DNA of 64,000 bases from Octopus bimaculoides (taxonomy: Eukaryota): the NCBI RefSeq assembly GCF_001194135.2, contig NC_068986.1, forward strand, positions 90,540,739 to 90,604,738. Direction: 5' to 3'. This document shows, piece after piece, positions 60,355 to 64,000 of the stretch. The number at the start of each line of letters is the position of its first letter. Within the stretch, counting starts at the first letter, position 1. The notes under the pieces were generated by a model. It saw nothing but the letters and a program-made list of their open reading frames with translations. It made no database searches and was not told the origin of the DNA. A program made the position numbers and the translations under genes.

Positions 60355-61608
60355 TCAGGTCACCCCATAAGTTCTGTCCGATTTTACCTTTTTTAAAATT
60401 GAATGAAATTTAATAGTATTTTAGAATGTCTAATGGAATTAAAAATTATTTTTATGCATTTGTGTACATTTAAACAAATTATATATTATTTTACAGAATA
60501 ATAGAATCAAAATTTCTTTGATTAAAACCCTTTCTAACATGGAAGTATCCAAAGAGCATTTGAGGNNNNNNNNNNNNNNNNNNNNNNNNNNNNNNNNNNN
60601 NNNNNNNNNNNNNNNNNNNNNNNNNNNNNNNNNNNNNNNNNNNNNNNNNNNNNNNNNNNNNNNNNNNNNNNNNNNNNNNNNNNNNNNNNNNNNNNNNNNN
60701 NNNNNNNNNNNNNNNNNNNNNNNNNNNNNNNNNNNNNNNNNNNNNNNNNNNNNNNNNNNNNNNNNNNNNNNNNNNNNNNNNNNNNNNNNNNNNNNNNNNN
60801 NNNNNNNNNNNNNNNNNNNNNNNNNNNNNNNNNNNNNNNNNNNNNNNNNNNNNNNNNNNNNNNNNNNNNNNNNNNNNNNNNNNNNNNNNNNNNNNNNNNN
60901 NNNNNNNNNNNNNNNNNNNNNNNNNNNNNNNNNNNNNNNNNNNNNNNNNNNNNNNNNNNNNNNNNNNNNNNNNNNNNNNNNNNNNNNNNNNNNNNNNNNN
61001 NNNNNNNNNNNNNNNNNNNNNNNNNNNNNNNNNNNNNNNNNNNNNNNNNNNNNNNNNNNNNNNNNNNNNNNNNNNNNNNNNNNNNNNNNTGCAAAGGAGT
61101 AATTCACTTTGAATTGTTACCACCTAATGCAACAATCAATGCTCAAATCTACTGTCAGCAATTAGAGCGTTTGAACCAAGCTTTGAAGAAAAAATGACCC
61201 GCTTTAGTGAATCGAAAAGGAGTGATGTTTCATCAGGACAATGCGTGATCCCACACTACAAAGATCACATCACAGAAGATCGAGGAGTTTGGTTGGGAAA
61301 AAATTCCTCATCCACCTTATTCTCCCGATCTTGCTCCTTCAGACTACCATTTGTTTCGTAGTTTACAGAATAATTTGGGGGACATAACTTTCGCAAGCCA
61401 GGAGGAGGTCGAAACTTACATTTCAGAGTTCTTCGCTGTGAAACCAAAAGAGTTTTACATTGATAGAATTAAAAAGCTTGTAAATAGACGGAAGGAAGTC
61501 ATAGATAATCAGGGAAAGTACATTGATGATTAAATTTCAGTTAAATATAACATTTGATCACTTGTTTTCTTTATTCAAAATTCGGACAGAACTTATAGGA
61601 TGACTTGA
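60355..61608 (+). mobile_element. Mariner element, DD34D, gapped and decayed
   Basis: 26-bp TIRs TCA(G/A)GTCA(C/T)C(C/T)ATAAGTTCTGTCCG with TA on both sides. Motifs FHQDNA and HPPYSPDLAPSDYHLF. Counted 34 residues between D2 and D3. Confidence 0.93.
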
Positions 61609-62639
61609 TAGGATTTCCAACGAATAAAGTCATAACATGCAACTAGAGTTTTTTTCAATTCTTGCAGTTTGTTTTTCAAATTCTTACTAATTTGGAATAA
61701 GCGCTGGTTAAAAGTTAATTACAAAATACTTGAATATTTTGTTATTCTTTCTGTTTTCGTCCCCTGATGCCATTGTTAATTCAATAAAAGATCTAATGTT
61801 TGAGAACCAATTGTTTATATTTCAATATTTGGTCTGTGAATTCTGATGGATTTGCATTGAGTTTCTTCTCATTTCTTTTACCTCTCCCCTTTGTATTTTA
61901 AGTATATTATTATTTTATACGCTTTTTCCATTACGCTCACCACTATCTATACACTGGGTACTGAAATATAGGGGTTGATATTTATTATGTTTATTAGATA
62001 AATTGGTTTGCATTATAAATCAATAACTGCAAAGATATTGTAAATATGCACAAAGATATTGTAAGTATGCATGATATCAATTATGAAATTGTACTAACAG
62101 CTGGTGTCTGCAAGCGCAACTTTCTTCAGTCTTATTAAATTTTTACTTATATCAGACTGTTTTTTCTGAACATAAGGGTCATCTTTATGCTCATAAGGTA
62201 AGTGAATGTTTGGAAAGTTATATTTAATGATTTAATAGAATTGTATATTTATCTTAACGTTTCGGATAGCTATGATAATGTTTTAGTTTTTCTTTTTCCT
62301 GGATTCTGATTTCATTTAGAATATAATATTTAGACGTTACATATTTATGAATAAACATAACCGCTAAAAAACGAACCGGTGTGTTAAGAACATAATGAGC
62401 TGGCATTTTTCTTAAATGTTATAAAATTTTCAATAAATTTAACGAAAGAAACATAGTGTACTCGCAGACTTGATAAATATAATATAAAACATATCCGAAA
62501 AATGATAAACCAACGCTTTAATAATAAACCAACGTTGTAATGATAAACCAACGTTTTAATCTCTTACTCTCTACAGTATACTCTTGCTCTCTACAGTACT
62601 TTCGGTAGGATATTTCAGTGTGCCCCCTTTCAAAGTAAG

Positions 62640-63400
62640 TTAATCCTTCCAAACCAAACAACTATCATCCCATTGCTTTCACTTCCAACGTCTTCAAAAT
62701 AATGGAGACAACTATTGACAATGACGCTCTCCATAACTTTGAATCTCTCGCTCCTCATCGACTACTTGCACGGTGTCCACAGAACCAGATCCACTGGAAA
62801 TTTATTCTCTTGTGTCACCCAAAATCTTTGAAGAATTTTGGCAAAAGCAATGTTGTTGCCATAGACATCAGCATAGCCTTCGACCGTGTCTGGTATGCCA
62901 ATCTCCTATCAAAACTTGCCGCATATCTTCGTTCGGTATCTTTATATCACATTGCGATATTGTGGCGTGTGTGCTCATAGAATTTCGGACCCATTCTGAA
63001 TCAATTCTGTTGTTCCCCATGGTTCGATTCTGTCCCTATCCTCTTCCTTCTATACATTAATGATATACTTACCACCACATCTAACACTATTACACAGATG
63101 ACAAGACCATTCACCACTTCCTAATTTTCTCTGACCATGCTCCGTTCACACGCAACTTACACACACGTCGAACCTGCATTAATTCCATAAGGAGAGTCCC
63201 TGAGAGCATCGCCAGCCTTGTCTCTTTTACCAGCCCCAAAGATCAAATACTAGTCATATCAAGAATACACCACTGCACTACACCTCTTCTAAACATGTTT
63301 GGTACTCAACTAGAGCTTTCATAGTCACTCCAAATGCTGGGCTTCTCCTGGCGAAAGCACATCCTTAACATAGCTAGGATCTCATTCTAAAAAAATGACC
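62640..63400 (+). mobile_element. CR1/Jockey-group LINE RT remnant
   Basis: RSTGNLFS.VT, VVAIDISIAFDRVW..LLSKL, VPHGSILSPILFLLYIND and TDDKT. Confidence 0.75.
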
Positions 63401-63413
63401 CATCTCTCTAGAG

Positions 63414-64000
63414 CAGTGGTTCCCAAATTTTTACGAGTTATCGCCCCTTTGGCTCCTAGATTACATTCCTAGCGCCCCACTCCATCACCATAAACATAGA
63501 TCCCTTTCTATTGCAAATTCGAAACAACTATATTCCACATATAAAACTTAATCTAGTTAACCCATTATTTTATTGTTTTTACAATATTAAAGAGCAAATT
63601 TACATTTCACCTGTAACTATGTTGTTTTATATTTTTACTGCGATGGTTGTACTTTGTGCAGGGGCATCAGCTTCCCAACATCAGGCTGAAAGACACTAAG
63701 AAATAGTCTTAGATTCAATCTGGTTTTACCTTGCTTAGAAAGAAGCTGGGCTCGCTTAACTGAATATGACATTAGGAAGGCAATAAAGTATATTTTGACT
63801 TTGTTCCACAGTGCAGGGTAGCAGTCAGCAATGTTCTTTTCAGTAAAAAAATTCCGATATAACGTTTAAAGTTTGGCCTCAGCTTAATGTCATTTTAAAG
63901 TGAAACTAGTTCCTCCTCCACTAGTCTTGTTTCCTCATTACAGATATCTAGGAATCACCCAGACTAGTATTTTAAGCAAAAATAGATATCCTGAAGTTTG
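63414..64000 (-). mobile_element. hAT (Charlie/Buster-like) transposon, 3' end; continues beyond the window
   Basis: Terminus CAGTGGTTCCCAAA preceded by CTCTAGAG (63406-63413). The minus strand reads EEELVSL.NDIKLRP..YPALWNKVKIYFIAF..SY...DVGKL...QPSQ* with the stop at 63635-63637. Confidence 0.82.

Noticed and set aside
3911-61123. Long ORFs dominated by X (e.g. 3911-4638, 11538-12265, 36397-37480, 44959-46237, 60439-61123)
   Set aside because: They run through N gaps and flanking microsatellites, so they are artefacts.
62255-62285. Third hammerhead candidate (minus strand ...ATAGCTATCCGAAACGTT)
   Set aside because: Only the GAAAC-GUU half is present; the CUGANGA core and stem I are absent.

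Overview
AT-rich, gapped eukaryotic draft-genome window with many N runs. The SINE families, microsatellite load and clustered finger-only C2H2 genes point to a coleoid cephalopod, probably Octopus (inference). Two intact single-coding-exon C2H2 zinc-finger genes lie in tandem on + (9000-10613, 19 repeat units; 20809-21543, 8 fingers). Each has a splice acceptor shortly upstream, and each is preceded further upstream by the same conserved 37-bp ETS/YY1-like block followed by a splice donor. Nearly all other interpretable sequence is transposon debris. Non-LTR remnants: two RTE with a PHD-type finger inside the RT, Hero/NeSL-like, R4/Dong-like, Tx1/L1-like, CR1/Jockey-like, and Penelope-like fragments carrying hammerhead-ribozyme-like folds. 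DNA elements: Merlin, Tc1/mariner DD37D, DD41D and DD34D, MULE, Helitron, hAT and several MITEs or foldbacks. At least five SINE families are present, labelled A-E here as working names. A TATA/CCAAT/E-box promoter-like island near 43.0-43.3 kb suggests another gene whose start is lost in a gap. All alignments and translations outside the ORF track were done by eye, so edges of decayed repeats are approximate.
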